Assembly (NCBI GenBank): GCA_040386535.1
Contig: JAZKFH010000005.1
Coordinates: 70,058 to 134,057 of the forward strand
Direction of reading: 5' to 3'
Source: Myxococcota bacterium
GTDB lineage: Bacteria; Myxococcota_A; UBA796; SXON01
DNA length: 64,000 nt
The translations under genes and the position numbers were made by a program. The notes below the pieces were generated by a model. The model was not told the origin of the DNA and searched no databases. It saw only the letters and a program-made list of their open reading frames with translations. Positions 37,675-47,492 of this stretch are shown piece by piece (position 1 is the first letter of the stretch; every line of letters begins with the position of its first letter).

Positions 37675-40600
37675 ATGCCCCGCTTCACGTCCTCGCGGAA
37701 CCGCCGCTTCCCCGCTCACCTCGCCGCCGCCGTCGGCGTGATCGGCTGCGCGTTGTGGTCCGCCCCGGCCCACGCCACGCTGACCCAGGTGATGGCCATC
37801 TCCGGCCCGTACGACTTCTCGATCGACGGCGCGGGCTCCGCATCGGCGAGCTCGCACACGCTCACGATCAACAAGCCCAGCTCGACCGCGACCGTCTACG
37901 CGGTGTTCGCGTCGATCACCGGCGTCTCCAGCCAGGGTGATCCCGGCTCCGGCGCCCTTCGCGTCGCCGGCACGCTCGTGTCGCTCGACCAGCGCGGGGT
38001 CTCGTCCGACAGCGCCGTATACACGCGCTATGACGACGTCACCGCCGAGGTCGGCGCGTACTTCAACGCGCTCCCGGCCGGCGCGAACAGCGTCAACGTC
38101 ACCGAGACCGTGGCGGCCACCCAGTCCGACGGCGCCGCCCTCTACGTGGTCTGGGAGGACGCGGCGACGCTCCCCGTCTCCACCCTGGCGCTCGCGCTCG
38201 GCAGCAGCTTCACCTACGCCCGCCCGTCCACCACGATCACCGTCAACCCGATCGACACCGACGTGCCGGACTTCAACGTCACCATGGGCGTCGGAATCTC
38301 GTTCTCGGCCGGCTACAGCTACGGGCAGTACTCGGGGATCGCCTTCAACGGCACCAGCATCTACGACCGCACGGGCGGCTACGAAGACGGCACGCTGGCG
38401 AACGGTGCCCTGATCACGATCGGTGGAGACGGGGACTCCACCGACTCCGAGGTGTACGACGTCACCGGCTACGTGGACGACGGCGACACGGAGATGACCG
38501 TCTCGCTGAGCGGCCTCTCGGCGGACGACTACAACTTCGCCATCTGGATCAAGGCCCTCGGCGTCGGCCTCGAGGGCGTCGACACCTGCGGCGACTACAC
38601 GGTCACCGGCACCGAAGAGTGTGACGACGGCAACCTCGACGACGGCGACGGCTGCTCGAGCCTCTGCCAGGGCGAGGACGACGACGGCGACGGCCTGACC
38701 AACGCCGACGAGGTGATCTGGGGCACGGACCCGCTGAACCCCGACTCCGACGGCGACGGCCTGCTCGACGGCGCGGAGGTGCACACCCACGGCACCAACC
38801 CCCTCGACGCCGACACGGACGACGACGGCCTGGGTGACGGCGTCGAGGTCAACGGGACCGACACCAACCCGCTCGACTCCGACAGCGACGACGACGGCCT
38901 GGGCGACGGTACCGAGGTGGTCACCACCGACACCGACCCGAACGACGCCGACTCCGACAACGGCGGCGTGGGCGACGGCACCGAGGTCAGCGAAGGCCTC
39001 GACCCGAACGACGGCACCGACGACGACCCCGACGGCGACGGCCTCAGCAACGGCGAAGAGGCGGTGGTCGGCAGCGACCCGTACGACGCCGACAGCGACG
39101 ACGACGGCCTGGCCGACGGCACCGAAGTCGACGGCACCGACACCGATCCGACGAACCCCGACAGCGACGGCGACGGCCTGGGCGACGGCACCGAGGTCGA
39201 CGGCACCGACACCGATCCGAACGACCCCGACTCCGACTCCGACGGCCTCGGGGATGGCACGGAGGTCGACGAGACCAGCACCGACCCGAACGACAACGAC
39301 AGCGACGGGGACGGCCTGGGCGACGGCACCGAGGTCGACGAGACCAACACCGACCCGAACGACGCGGACACCGACGGGGACGGCCTGGGCGACGGCACCG
39401 AGATCGACACGACCGACACCGACCCGACGGACGCCGACAGCGACGACGACGGCCTGGGCGACGGCACCGAGGTCGACTCGAGCGGCACCGACCCGAACGA
39501 CTCCGACAGTGACGACGACGGCCTGGGTGACGGCACCGAGGTCGACTCGACCAACACGGATCCGAACGCGGACGACAGCGACGGGGACGGCCTGGGCGAC
39601 GCGTACGAGGTCAACGAGACCGACACCGACCCGAACGACGGCGACACCGACGGGGACGGCCTGGGCGACGGCGTCGAGCACACCGCGCTCGGCACCGATC
39701 CCCTCGACACCGACACCGACGACGACGGCCTGACCGACGGAGACGAGGTGGACGGCTGGAGCACCGATCCGCTCGACACCGACTCGGACCACGACGGGCT
39801 CTCCGACTCCGTCGAGATCACCGACACCGGCACCGACCCGCTCGACGCGGACACGGACAACGGCGGCACGATCGACGGGGCCGAGGTGGCCGCGGGCACC
39901 GACCCGTACGCCCCCGGTGACGACGTGTCCGGCACGGACGAGGACGGCGACTTCCTCGACGCCGAGGAGGAGGCCGCCATCGGCACCGACCCGACCCTCG
40001 CGGACACCGATGGCGACGGTGTCTCCGACAGCGACGAGCTCGTGGTGACCCACACCGATCCGACCGACTCCGACTCCGACTCCGATGGCCTCGGGGACGG
40101 CGCCGAGGTGGCCGCGGGCACCGACCCGCGTGACGCCGACACCGACGACGACGGCCTGGACGACGCGAGCGAGGGCGAGTTCGGCACCGACCCCCTGGTG
40201 GCGGACAGCGACGGCGGCGGCGTGAACGACGGCGCCGAGGTCGCGTCCGACAGCGACCCGCTCGACGCCTTCGACGACGTGGGCGAGGGCGCCGACGCCG
40301 ACGGTGACGGCCTCACCGACGACGAGGAGTCCGCGCTCGGCTCCGAGCCCAACACCGCCGACACCGACGGCGACGGCCTGCTCGACGGCGCCGAGGTGGC
40401 CGCCGGGACCGACCCGACGCTCCCCGACTCCGACGGCGACGGCCTGTCCGACAGCGACGAAGCCACGGCCGGCAGCGACCCGAACGACTTCGACACCGAC
40501 TCCGACGGCCTCGGGGACGGCGCCGAGGTGCACGTGCACGGCACCGACCCGACCGACGCCGACACGGACGACGGCGGCGTGGGCGACGGCGTCGAGGTCG

Positions 40601-41274
40601 GCGACGACACCGACCTGCTCGATCCCAGCGACGACGGCGCGGGGGACGACACCGACGGCGACGGCCTGACCAACGGCGAGGAGACCGTCATCGGGACCGA
40701 CCCGAACGACCCCGACACCGACGACGACGGCCTCGGGGACGGCGTGGAGGTCGGCACCACCGTGACCGATCCGCTCGATCCGGACTCGGACGACGACGGC
40801 CTGGGCGACGGCGAAGAGGTCGACACGACCGGCACCGATCCGAACGATGCCGACAGTGACGACGGCGGCGTGAACGACGGGACCGAGGTCGACGAGGGCA
40901 CGAACCCGCTCGATCCGGTGGACGACGACGCCGACGGCGACGGCCTCGACAACGGCGAGGAGGCGCTGAACGGCACCGACCCGACCAACCCCGACACCGA
41001 CGGCGACGGCCTCACCGACGGCGCCGAGGTCGACACGCACGGCACCGACCCGAACGACGCGGACACCGACGACGGCACCGTGAACGACGGCGACGAGGTC
41101 GAGAACGGCACCAACCCGGTGGACGACCCCACGGACGACGTGCCCGCCATCATCGAGGAGGAGCGCACCGGTCGCTACCTCGGCGGTTGCTCGACCAGCG
41201 GCGGCGAGGGCGCCCCCGCGGCGGCCTTGCTCCTCGCGGCGGCCCTGCTCGCCCGTCGTCGCAAGTCGGTCTAG
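37675..41274 (+). CDS. Large surface protein (1199 aa): head domain, Cys-rich repeat, 35 TSP3-like Asp-rich repeats, MYXO-CTERM-like tail
   Basis: Signal peptide ending AHA; CGD...EECDDGN..DGDGCS..C; D(S/T)DxDGLxDGxE...TDP repeats; GGCST, hydrophobic stretch, RRRK. Confidence 0.85.
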   Translation: MPRFTSSRNRRFPAHLAAAVGVIGCALWSAPAHATLTQVMAISGPYDFSIDGAGSASASSHTLTINKPSSTATVYAVFASITGVSSQGDPGSGALRVAGTLVSLDQRGVSSDSAVYTRYDDVTAEVGAYFNALPAGANSVNVTETVAATQSDGAALYVVWEDAATLPVSTLALALGSSFTYARPSTTITVNPIDTDVPDFNVTMGVGISFSAGYSYGQYSGIAFNGTSIYDRTGGYEDGTLANGALITIGGDGDSTDSEVYDVTGYVDDGDTEMTVSLSGLSADDYNFAIWIKALGVGLEGVDTCGDYTVTGTEECDDGNLDDGDGCSSLCQGEDDDGDGLTNADEVIWGTDPLNPDSDGDGLLDGAEVHTHGTNPLDADTDDDGLGDGVEVNGTDTNPLDSDSDDDGLGDGTEVVTTDTDPNDADSDNGGVGDGTEVSEGLDPNDGTDDDPDGDGLSNGEEAVVGSDPYDADSDDDGLADGTEVDGTDTDPTNPDSDGDGLGDGTEVDGTDTDPNDPDSDSDGLGDGTEVDETSTDPNDNDSDGDGLGDGTEVDETNTDPNDADTDGDGLGDGTEIDTTDTDPTDADSDDDGLGDGTEVDSSGTDPNDSDSDDDGLGDGTEVDSTNTDPNADDSDGDGLGDAYEVNETDTDPNDGDTDGDGLGDGVEHTALGTDPLDTDTDDDGLTDGDEVDGWSTDPLDTDSDHDGLSDSVEITDTGTDPLDADTDNGGTIDGAEVAAGTDPYAPGDDVSGTDEDGDFLDAEEEAAIGTDPTLADTDGDGVSDSDELVVTHTDPTDSDSDSDGLGDGAEVAAGTDPRDADTDDDGLDDASEGEFGTDPLVADSDGGGVNDGAEVASDSDPLDAFDDVGEGADADGDGLTDDEESALGSEPNTADTDGDGLLDGAEVAAGTDPTLPDSDGDGLSDSDEATAGSDPNDFDTDSDGLGDGAEVHVHGTDPTDADTDDGGVGDGVEVGDDTDLLDPSDDGAGDDTDGDGLTNGEETVIGTDPNDPDTDDDGLGDGVEVGTTVTDPLDPDSDDDGLGDGEEVDTTGTDPNDADSDDGGVNDGTEVDEGTNPLDPVDDDADGDGLDNGEEALNGTDPTNPDTDGDGLTDGAEVDTHGTDPNDADTDDGTVNDGDEVENGTNPVDDPTDDVPAIIEEERTGRYLGGCSTSGGEGAPAAALLLAAALLARRRKSV

Positions 41275-41335
41275 GCCGTCCCCTCCCCTCTCCCGAATCT
41301 ACGAGGGCCGTTCGCGGCCCGCTCTCGGAGCTCTC

Positions 41336-43045
41336 ATGTTGACCCTGCTCTCCCTCCTCACGCCGTTCGCGGCGGCGCAGTCGACCGATGGGGCCGTCCC
41401 CGCGATCAACGCGCAGAATTTCCGCCCGTCCATCGACTCGACCCGCACCCTCTGGGTGGATGACGCCTCGGTGCAGGACCGCACCTACATGGGGCGCCTG
41501 CTCTTCCACTACGTCGCGAACCCGCTCGTGTACGAGTACGACGACGGCGAGCGCGTCGAGCTGGTGAGCGACGTGCTCCAGGCCGACCTGACCGCGGGCG
41601 TGCGGGTCTGGAAGCTGCGCTTCGGCGCCGACCTCCCGCTGTACCTCGTGCAGTCCGGCGAAGCCGGGCAGGGTGTCGGCCTCGGCGACATCGGGCTCGA
41701 CGCCAAGCTCGGCATCCTCGACCGCGAGAAGGCGGCGCTCGGCCTCGCGCTGAGCACGCGGATCACGCTCCCCACGGCGACCGTGACCAACGCGCTCGGC
41801 TCGCCCAACACGGGCTGGGAGATCGACGCCATCGTCGACCGCAAGCTCGGCAAGGCCCTGCTCGCGCTCAACGTTGGCGTGCGCGGCGGCCCCAAGACCG
41901 AGCTCGAGAACGTGTCGCTCGACGACTTTCTCGTGGCCCGCCTCGCCGGTGGCTACGCGCTCTCCGACAACGCGGGCATGGCGCTCGAGCTCGCGGGCGA
42001 GAAGTCCCTCTCCGCGCCGTTCGACAACGCGGCCGGCCTCCCGCTCGAGTGGATGGCGACCGGGTACGGATACCTCACCAACGCGCTCGTCGTGCGTGGC
42101 GGCGTCGGCACCGGCCTCACCTCCGGCATCGGGAGCCCCGACTTCCGCGTGGCGGTGGGCATCGGCCTCGAGCCCCGCACGAAGGTGGAAGACGGGCCCA
42201 AGGACAAGGACAAGGACGGCGTGCTCGACCCCGCCGACACCTGCCCCACCAAGCCCGAGGACATGGACAGCTTCGAGGACGCCGACGGCTGCCCCGACCT
42301 GGACAACGACCAGGACACCGTGCCCGACGCGTCGGACGCGTGCATCAACGACCCCGAGGATCGCGACTCCGTCAAGGACACCGACGGCTGCCCCGAGCCC
42401 GAGGTCGCCGTGAAGGTGCGCCTGATCGACGCCGCGACCTCCCAGGCCATCGGCGCCGGCCGCGTCGTGGTCAAGGGCGCGGGCGCCGAGTCCTCCGGTG
42501 GCGCGGTCGAGGTGTTCGAGCTGCTCCCGGGCAGCTACGAGGCCGCCGGCACCGCGGTGAACTACCAGCCCGCCACCATGGCCTTCGAGGTCAAGGAGGG
42601 CGCGACGGTCGACGTGAAGCTCACCCCCGAGGCCGAGACCAAGATCACGGTGACCCGCGATCGCATCGACCTGCGCGAGGAGGTCAACTTCGACCTCGCC
42701 ACCGCCGACATCCAGAAGCGGTCGTACCCCCTGCTGGAGCAGGTGGCGAAGGTGATGAACACCTACCCGGAGATCCTGGTGCTCCGCGTCGAGGGCCACA
42801 CCGACAGCCGCGGGGACGACGCCTACAACCTCGACCTCTCGCAGCGCCGCGCCGACGCCGTCAAGGCCTGGCTCGTGGCGAAGGGCGTCGCCGCCGATCG
42901 CCTCGTCGCGCAGGGCCTCGGCGAGTCCAAGCCCCTCGACCCCGCCGAGACCGACGCCGCGTGGGCCAAGAACCGCCGCGTGGACGTGTTCATCGAGCGT
43001 TGGGCCGAGCCGGTGGCGCCCGCCGCACCCGCCGCACCCAAGTAG
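41336..43045 (+). CDS. OmpA-family protein with N-terminal beta-barrel and TSP3 repeats (TraB-like architecture)
   Basis: Signal peptide; GLGDIGL barrel strands; DKDKDGVLD..DTCP..PEDMDSFEDADGCPD; VEGHTD, NLDLSQRRA and NRRV motifs. Confidence 0.85.
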   Translation: MLTLLSLLTPFAAAQSTDGAVPAINAQNFRPSIDSTRTLWVDDASVQDRTYMGRLLFHYVANPLVYEYDDGERVELVSDVLQADLTAGVRVWKLRFGADLPLYLVQSGEAGQGVGLGDIGLDAKLGILDREKAALGLALSTRITLPTATVTNALGSPNTGWEIDAIVDRKLGKALLALNVGVRGGPKTELENVSLDDFLVARLAGGYALSDNAGMALELAGEKSLSAPFDNAAGLPLEWMATGYGYLTNALVVRGGVGTGLTSGIGSPDFRVAVGIGLEPRTKVEDGPKDKDKDGVLDPADTCPTKPEDMDSFEDADGCPDLDNDQDTVPDASDACINDPEDRDSVKDTDGCPEPEVAVKVRLIDAATSQAIGAGRVVVKGAGAESSGGAVEVFELLPGSYEAAGTAVNYQPATMAFEVKEGATVDVKLTPEAETKITVTRDRIDLREEVNFDLATADIQKRSYPLLEQVAKVMNTYPEILVLRVEGHTDSRGDDAYNLDLSQRRADAVKAWLVAKGVAADRLVAQGLGESKPLDPAETDAAWAKNRRVDVFIERWAEPVAPAAPAAPK

Positions 43046-43060
43046 CGGCAAGGCAACGAA

Positions 43061-43098
43061 CGGCGGGCTCCCTCGGGTGAGGGGGCCCGCTGCTGTTT
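43061..43098 (+). terminator. Hairpin terminator between convergent genes
   Basis: CGGCGGGCTCCCTC-GGGT-GAGGGGGCCCGCTG followed by CTGTTT. Confidence 0.6.
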
Positions 43099-43105
43099 CA
43101 GGGCA

Positions 43106-44737
43106 TCAGGACGTCACCGGGAACGAGTACCCGCCAAACTGCTCCCGCAACGTCCGCTTGAGGATCTTGCCCGTGGCCCCGATGGGCAAGGCCTCGACGA
43201 ACTCGATGGCGTCGGGCAGCCACCACTTCACGAGGCGCGCTTCGAGGAACGCGTGGAGCTCCTCGCGGGTCGGGTCCGCGCCGGGCGCGCGCACGACGAT
43301 CAGGAGGGGACGCTCGCCCCACTTGGGATGTGGGAGGCCGATCGCGGCGGCCTGGGCCACGCCGGGGTGCCCGACGGCGGCGTTCTCGAGATCGATGCTG
43401 CTCACCCACTCGCCGCCCGACTTGATGACATCCTTGCTGCGGTCGGTGATCTGCATGTAGCCGTCGGGATCGATCGTCGCGATGTCACCGGTGACGAACC
43501 AACTGTCGACGTGGCTGGCGCCGTCGGCCGGATCCTGCTTGAAATACGCGCTCGCCACCCACGGGCCGCGAACCTGGAGATGCCCGGAGGTGACACCGTC
43601 GTGCGGCACGATGGCGCCGGTGTCGTCGACCAGGCGCAGATCCACGCCGAAGATGGGGCGCCCCTGCTTGGACTTGACGGGGAGCGTGGCGTCGTACGGG
43701 AGGCCCTGGTGCTTGGGAAGCATCACGTTGGCGGTGCCGAGCGGGCTGGTCTCCGTCATGCCCCACGCGTGGAGGACGCGCGCGCCGTGCTCCTCCTCGA
43801 ACGCCCGGATCATGCTCGGCGGGCACGCGGCGCCGCCGATCGTCACCTTGGTGACCGTCGTGAGGCGGCGCTCCACGGAGCGGAGGTGCCCGAGCAGGTT
43901 GGCCCACACCGTCGGCACGCCGAGCAGGCTGGTGACACGCTCGGTGTCGATGAGCTCGAGGAGGCTCTTGCCGTCGAGCCCCGGCCCGGGCAACACGAGC
44001 TTGGACCCGGTCATCGCCGCGGCGTAGGGCACGCCCCACGCGTTGACGTGGAACATCGGCACGACCGGCAACGTCACGTCCGCCGCGGAGATGGCGAGCG
44101 CGTCCGCCATCGCGATGCCATACGAATGGAGCACGGTGGAGCGGTGGGAGTAGAGCACCCCCTTGGGGAAGCCGGCGGTGCCCGACGTGTAGCAGAGCGA
44201 GGAGGCGGTGCGCTCGTCGAGCTCGGGCCACTCGAACGCCTCGGGCTCGGGCGCCAGGAGCCCCTCGTAGTCCACGGCGCCGGGCAGATCCGCGGGGAGG
44301 TGCGCCGCGTCCGTCATCGCGACGATCTGGCGCACGGAAGGGCAATTTGCCGCAGCGAGCTCCGCAAGCCTGGCGAAGGTCGTGTCGAAGAAGATCAGGC
44401 TGTCTTCGGCGTGGTTGATCACGTAGCAGAGCTGGTCGGGCGGCAGGCGCGGGTTGATGGTGTGGAGCACGGCGCCCATGCCCGACACGGCGAAGTAAAG
44501 CTCGAGGTGGCGGTGGGTGTTCCACGCGACGGTGGCCACGCGGTCGCCCGGCTTCACGCCGAGGCGCGTCAAGGCGTGCGCGAGCTGGGCGGCCCGGCGC
44601 GCGATGCTCCCGTAGGTGCCGCGGTGGATGGGGCCTTCGACCGTGCGCGACACCACCTCGATGGCGCCATGGAAGCGGGCGGCGAACGTGAGCTGTCGCG
44701 AGATGAGCAGGGGCTCGTCCATCATCAGGCCAATCAT
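43106..44737 (-). CDS. Acyl-CoA ligase (AlkK/DmdB-like medium/long-chain)
   Basis: YTSGTAGFPKG, PMFHVNAWG, WGMTETSP, TGD, DRSKDVIKSGGEW and TGKI motifs. Confidence 0.9.
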   Translation of the reverse strand: MIGLMMDEPLLISRQLTFAARFHGAIEVVSRTVEGPIHRGTYGSIARRAAQLAHALTRLGVKPGDRVATVAWNTHRHLELYFAVSGMGAVLHTINPRLPPDQLCYVINHAEDSLIFFDTTFARLAELAAANCPSVRQIVAMTDAAHLPADLPGAVDYEGLLAPEPEAFEWPELDERTASSLCYTSGTAGFPKGVLYSHRSTVLHSYGIAMADALAISAADVTLPVVPMFHVNAWGVPYAAAMTGSKLVLPGPGLDGKSLLELIDTERVTSLLGVPTVWANLLGHLRSVERRLTTVTKVTIGGAACPPSMIRAFEEEHGARVLHAWGMTETSPLGTANVMLPKHQGLPYDATLPVKSKQGRPIFGVDLRLVDDTGAIVPHDGVTSGHLQVRGPWVASAYFKQDPADGASHVDSWFVTGDIATIDPDGYMQITDRSKDVIKSGGEWVSSIDLENAAVGHPGVAQAAAIGLPHPKWGERPLLIVVRAPGADPTREELHAFLEARLVKWWLPDAIEFVEALPIGATGKILKRTLREQFGGYSFPVTS

Positions 44738-44847
44738 CGGGGCTCCGGGGTGGGGCATCGTACCGCAGCCCGCTCGACGACGACCGCTCGCGTCGGCAAG
44801 GGGCGTCACTCTGCGCGATCGAGTGACGCCCCGGGTATCGCCGAGAG

Positions 44848-45288
44848 CTACGGCGGAGTTCCCGTGTCACCAACTCCGGTGCCGGTGTCACCACCGCCAC
44901 CGGTGTCACCACCACCGCCGGTGTCACCACCGGTGTCACCCCCGGCGCCGGCGTCCGGCTCGTCGGTGTCGTCGAGATCGTCGTCGTCGTCCATGTCGTC
45001 GAGATCGTCGTCGTCGTCATCCGTGTCGTCGAGATCGTCGTCGTCATCGAGATCGTCGTCGTCCTCGTCTTCGTCGAGGTTGTTCTCGTCGTCCTCGCGA
45101 TCGTCGTCCCCGTCGTCGCCGTCGAGGTCGTCCTCCTCATCGCCGTCGGTGGCGCCCTCGAGCTCCTCGACCTCGTCGGCGCCCGCCGCGGGCTCGTCCG
45201 CGGTGGAGAAGAGGGCGTACCCACCGCCACAACCCGGGAGGGTCAGGACGAGCGCGGCGAGCAGGAACACGGTGTGTGACAGTTGCAT
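44848..45288 (-). CDS. Extremely Asp-rich low-complexity lipoprotein
   Basis: LPGC lipobox; DDDDLD repeats; GGDTG repeats; GGAG upstream of the start. Confidence 0.6.
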   Translation of the reverse strand: MQLSHTVFLLAALVLTLPGCGGGYALFSTADEPAAGADEVEELEGATDGDEEDDLDGDDGDDDREDDENNLDEDEDDDDLDDDDDLDDTDDDDDDLDDMDDDDDLDDTDEPDAGAGGDTGGDTGGGGDTGGGGDTGTGVGDTGTPP

Positions 45289-45442
45289 TTGACTCCATTG
45301 CGAGGTCCGGAATGGCCCCGACACTTGGAACCTACTTTGCCGGCGCCGCGGATGTACTCACAATCGGCTCACCCGAGCCCCGAAACCGTATCCACCGCGA
45401 GTACACGATGGCCCCATGATTGCGATGAACACGCACTCCTGG

Positions 45443-45471
45443 TTGACGAGCCTCGTCGGTCGCTGTACTCA
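45443..45471 (+). promoter_or_regulatory. Possible sigma70-type promoter for the TIGR02147-like gene
   Basis: TTGACG, 17-nt spacer, TACTCA (weak -10), about 10 nt before the GTG at 45481. Confidence 0.3.
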
Positions 45472-45480
45472 AGCATCACC

Positions 45481-46314
45481 GTGACACCTTCTCCCGATCT
45501 CTTCGCGCACCTCGACTTCCGCCGCTACCTCGGTGATTGGTTCGCCGCGCGGAAGGCGGCAAACCCCCGCTTCAGCCACCGCGCGTTCGCGCAGAAGGCC
45601 GGGCAGGCCTCGCCGAGCCTCCTGCTCGCGGTCATCGCCGGCAAGCGCAACCTCACCCCGGTCACCACCGCCGCGTTCGCCCGCGCGATGGGGCTGGACG
45701 CGGAGGAGGTCGGCTTCTTCACCGCGCTGGTCGAGCTCGGGCAGGCCGAGAGCCCCGACGAGCGCGCCCTGGCCTGGGAGAAGGTGCGCTCCGCGCGCCG
45801 GTTCCGCGAGGCACGGCGGCTCGACGGGGACGCGGTGGAGTACCTCTCGTGCTGGTACTACCCGGCCGTCCGCGAGCTCGCGACGTGCGCCGGCTTCCGC
45901 CCCGATCCCGAGTGGATCGCGGCGGCCCTCCGGCCCCGCATCACCGCCGCCCAGGCCCGCGCCGCGCTCGATCTGCTCCTCTCCCTCGGCCTCCTCGAGC
46001 GGCGGGACGACGGCGGCGTCCGCGTCACCACCACCAGCGTCGCCACCCCCCACGAGGTCGCGGCGCTCGCCGCCTACGAATACCACCGCGGCATGCTCGC
46101 CCGCGCCGCCGAGGCGCTCGCGACCGCCGCTCCGTCGGAGCGGCACTACTGCGGCGTCACCGTCGCGGTCCCGTCCTCGCTCGTGCCCGTTCTCAAGCGG
46201 GAGCTCGACCTGTTCCAGGAGCGGCTGCTCGACCTCTGCGACAGCGCCGAGGGCCCGCGCGAGCGGGTGTTCCAGCTCAACCTCCAGCTCCTCCCCCTCT
46301 CCCGAGAGGCCTGA
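45481..46314 (+). CDS. TIGR02147-family protein (N-terminal HTH plus DUF4423-like domain)
   Basis: DFRRYL..WF..RK...FSHRAFA..AG, GKRNL, WYYPAVREL, YHRGML and VFQLNLQLLPLS motifs. Confidence 0.85.
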   Translation: MTPSPDLFAHLDFRRYLGDWFAARKAANPRFSHRAFAQKAGQASPSLLLAVIAGKRNLTPVTTAAFARAMGLDAEEVGFFTALVELGQAESPDERALAWEKVRSARRFREARRLDGDAVEYLSCWYYPAVRELATCAGFRPDPEWIAAALRPRITAAQARAALDLLLSLGLLERRDDGGVRVTTTSVATPHEVAALAAYEYHRGMLARAAEALATAAPSERHYCGVTVAVPSSLVPVLKRELDLFQERLLDLCDSAEGPRERVFQLNLQLLPLSREA

Positions 46315-46316
46315 CC

Positions 46317-46976
46317 ATGCGCACCCTCCTCGCCCTGCTCCTCGTGTCCGGCCTCCTCGTGTCCGGGGCCCACGCCGGCACCGCGGTCGGCAACCCGACC
46401 GGCTTCACCCTGGACACCGCCCCCGGCGCGGGCCTCTCGTTCGACAGCGCCGTGGCCGAGGTCGAGTCCATCGTCGTCACCGACCGGAAGGGTGTCATCT
46501 GGACGTTGCCGGTCGACGCCCCGTTCGACCTGCTCGGCGGCACCCGCGTCGAGGTGCCCCTCGCTGATGCGGCGCAGGTCCGCGTCGTGTTCTCCGGGCC
46601 GCTCGTCTACTCTGGAGAGGGCCCCGAAGACACGCGTTTCACCCTCGCGTTGACCGTCCCCTCCGTCGACCTCGCGATCGTCGCGCCGCCCGGCGAGCTT
46701 CCCGACGCCGTCCTGCGCCTCGGCGCCCCCGACTGGGCCACGGCGACCATGCTCGGGCTCGGCGCCGGCCGCGCCGACGTGGGCGCGGGCGATCTCCTCC
46801 ACGACACGCTCGCCGACGCGCTGGCGGGCGGGGCCGCGCTCTACGCGGACGAGGATGGGGATGGGCGGTGCGGCGACGAGGAAGACACCGACGACGACGA
46901 CATCGACGACGACATCGACCTCGACGACGACGCCTCCGGATGTGACGGCACGCCCCTCGGCACCGCGGTTCGGTAG
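46317..46976 (+). CDS. Secreted hypothetical protein with acidic tail
   Basis: Signal peptide ending AHA; starts 2 nt after the upstream stop; DEDGDG and poly-Asp C-terminus. Confidence 0.6.
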   Translation: MRTLLALLLVSGLLVSGAHAGTAVGNPTGFTLDTAPGAGLSFDSAVAEVESIVVTDRKGVIWTLPVDAPFDLLGGTRVEVPLADAAQVRVVFSGPLVYSGEGPEDTRFTLALTVPSVDLAIVAPPGELPDAVLRLGAPDWATATMLGLGAGRADVGAGDLLHDTLADALAGGAALYADEDGDGRCGDEEDTDDDDIDDDIDLDDDASGCDGTPLGTAVR

Positions 46977-46997
46977 CCCGCCCACCGGCCCCGCGGA

Positions 46998-47492
46998 TCA
47001 GCCGTCCGCGGTGGCCCCGGCCGCCACGAGCGCGGCGACGAACCCGGGGACGTCGGCGGGTGACACGAACACGCGCCGGGCGCCGCGCACCCACACGCCC
47101 GCCTCCACGGTGGCGGCGGCGTGGTACCGGCCCTCTCGATCCGTGAACAAGCCGAGGGCGTAGGGCGGGAGCGCGGTGCCGGTGACCTTCCAGCCGTTCG
47201 CGGAGCCGGTCGATACGACCGCCGTCGTGAGCGGAATCCGCACGTGTCGCAGCCAGCCGGGCACTACGAGCGTCGCGCCTTCGATGCGATAGCGCATGGG
47301 CCGCGTCACCCGGCGCCACACCCAGAGGACCAGGAGCGCGAGCCCGACGTAGATGCTGACGAACAGCACGGTCGAGGAGACCGGCGCGTTCAGGAAGATG
47401 GGGAGGAGCCCGATGCACGGGAGCACGGCGATGATCAGGAGGCCCGGCATCCAGGTCCCCGCGGTGGAGGGGGGCGCGTCGAATTCCGTCAC
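46998..47492 (-). CDS. Small membrane protein, two TM helices plus probable bacterial PH domain
   Basis: GTG start overlaps the megasynthase stop; two TMs; KVTGTALPPYALGLF and VFVSPAD..GF motifs. Confidence 0.65.
   Translation of the reverse strand: MTEFDAPPSTAGTWMPGLLIIAVLPCIGLLPIFLNAPVSSTVLFVSIYVGLALLVLWVWRRVTRPMRYRIEGATLVVPGWLRHVRIPLTTAVVSTGSANGWKVTGTALPPYALGLFTDREGRYHAAATVEAGVWVRGARRVFVSPADVPGFVAALVAAGATADG

Noticed and set aside
37648..41168. Long antisense ORFs (1130 aa and 857 aa) over the adhesin gene
   Set aside because: Shadows of a GC3-biased repetitive gene with Val/Gly- or Ser/Pro-rich composition
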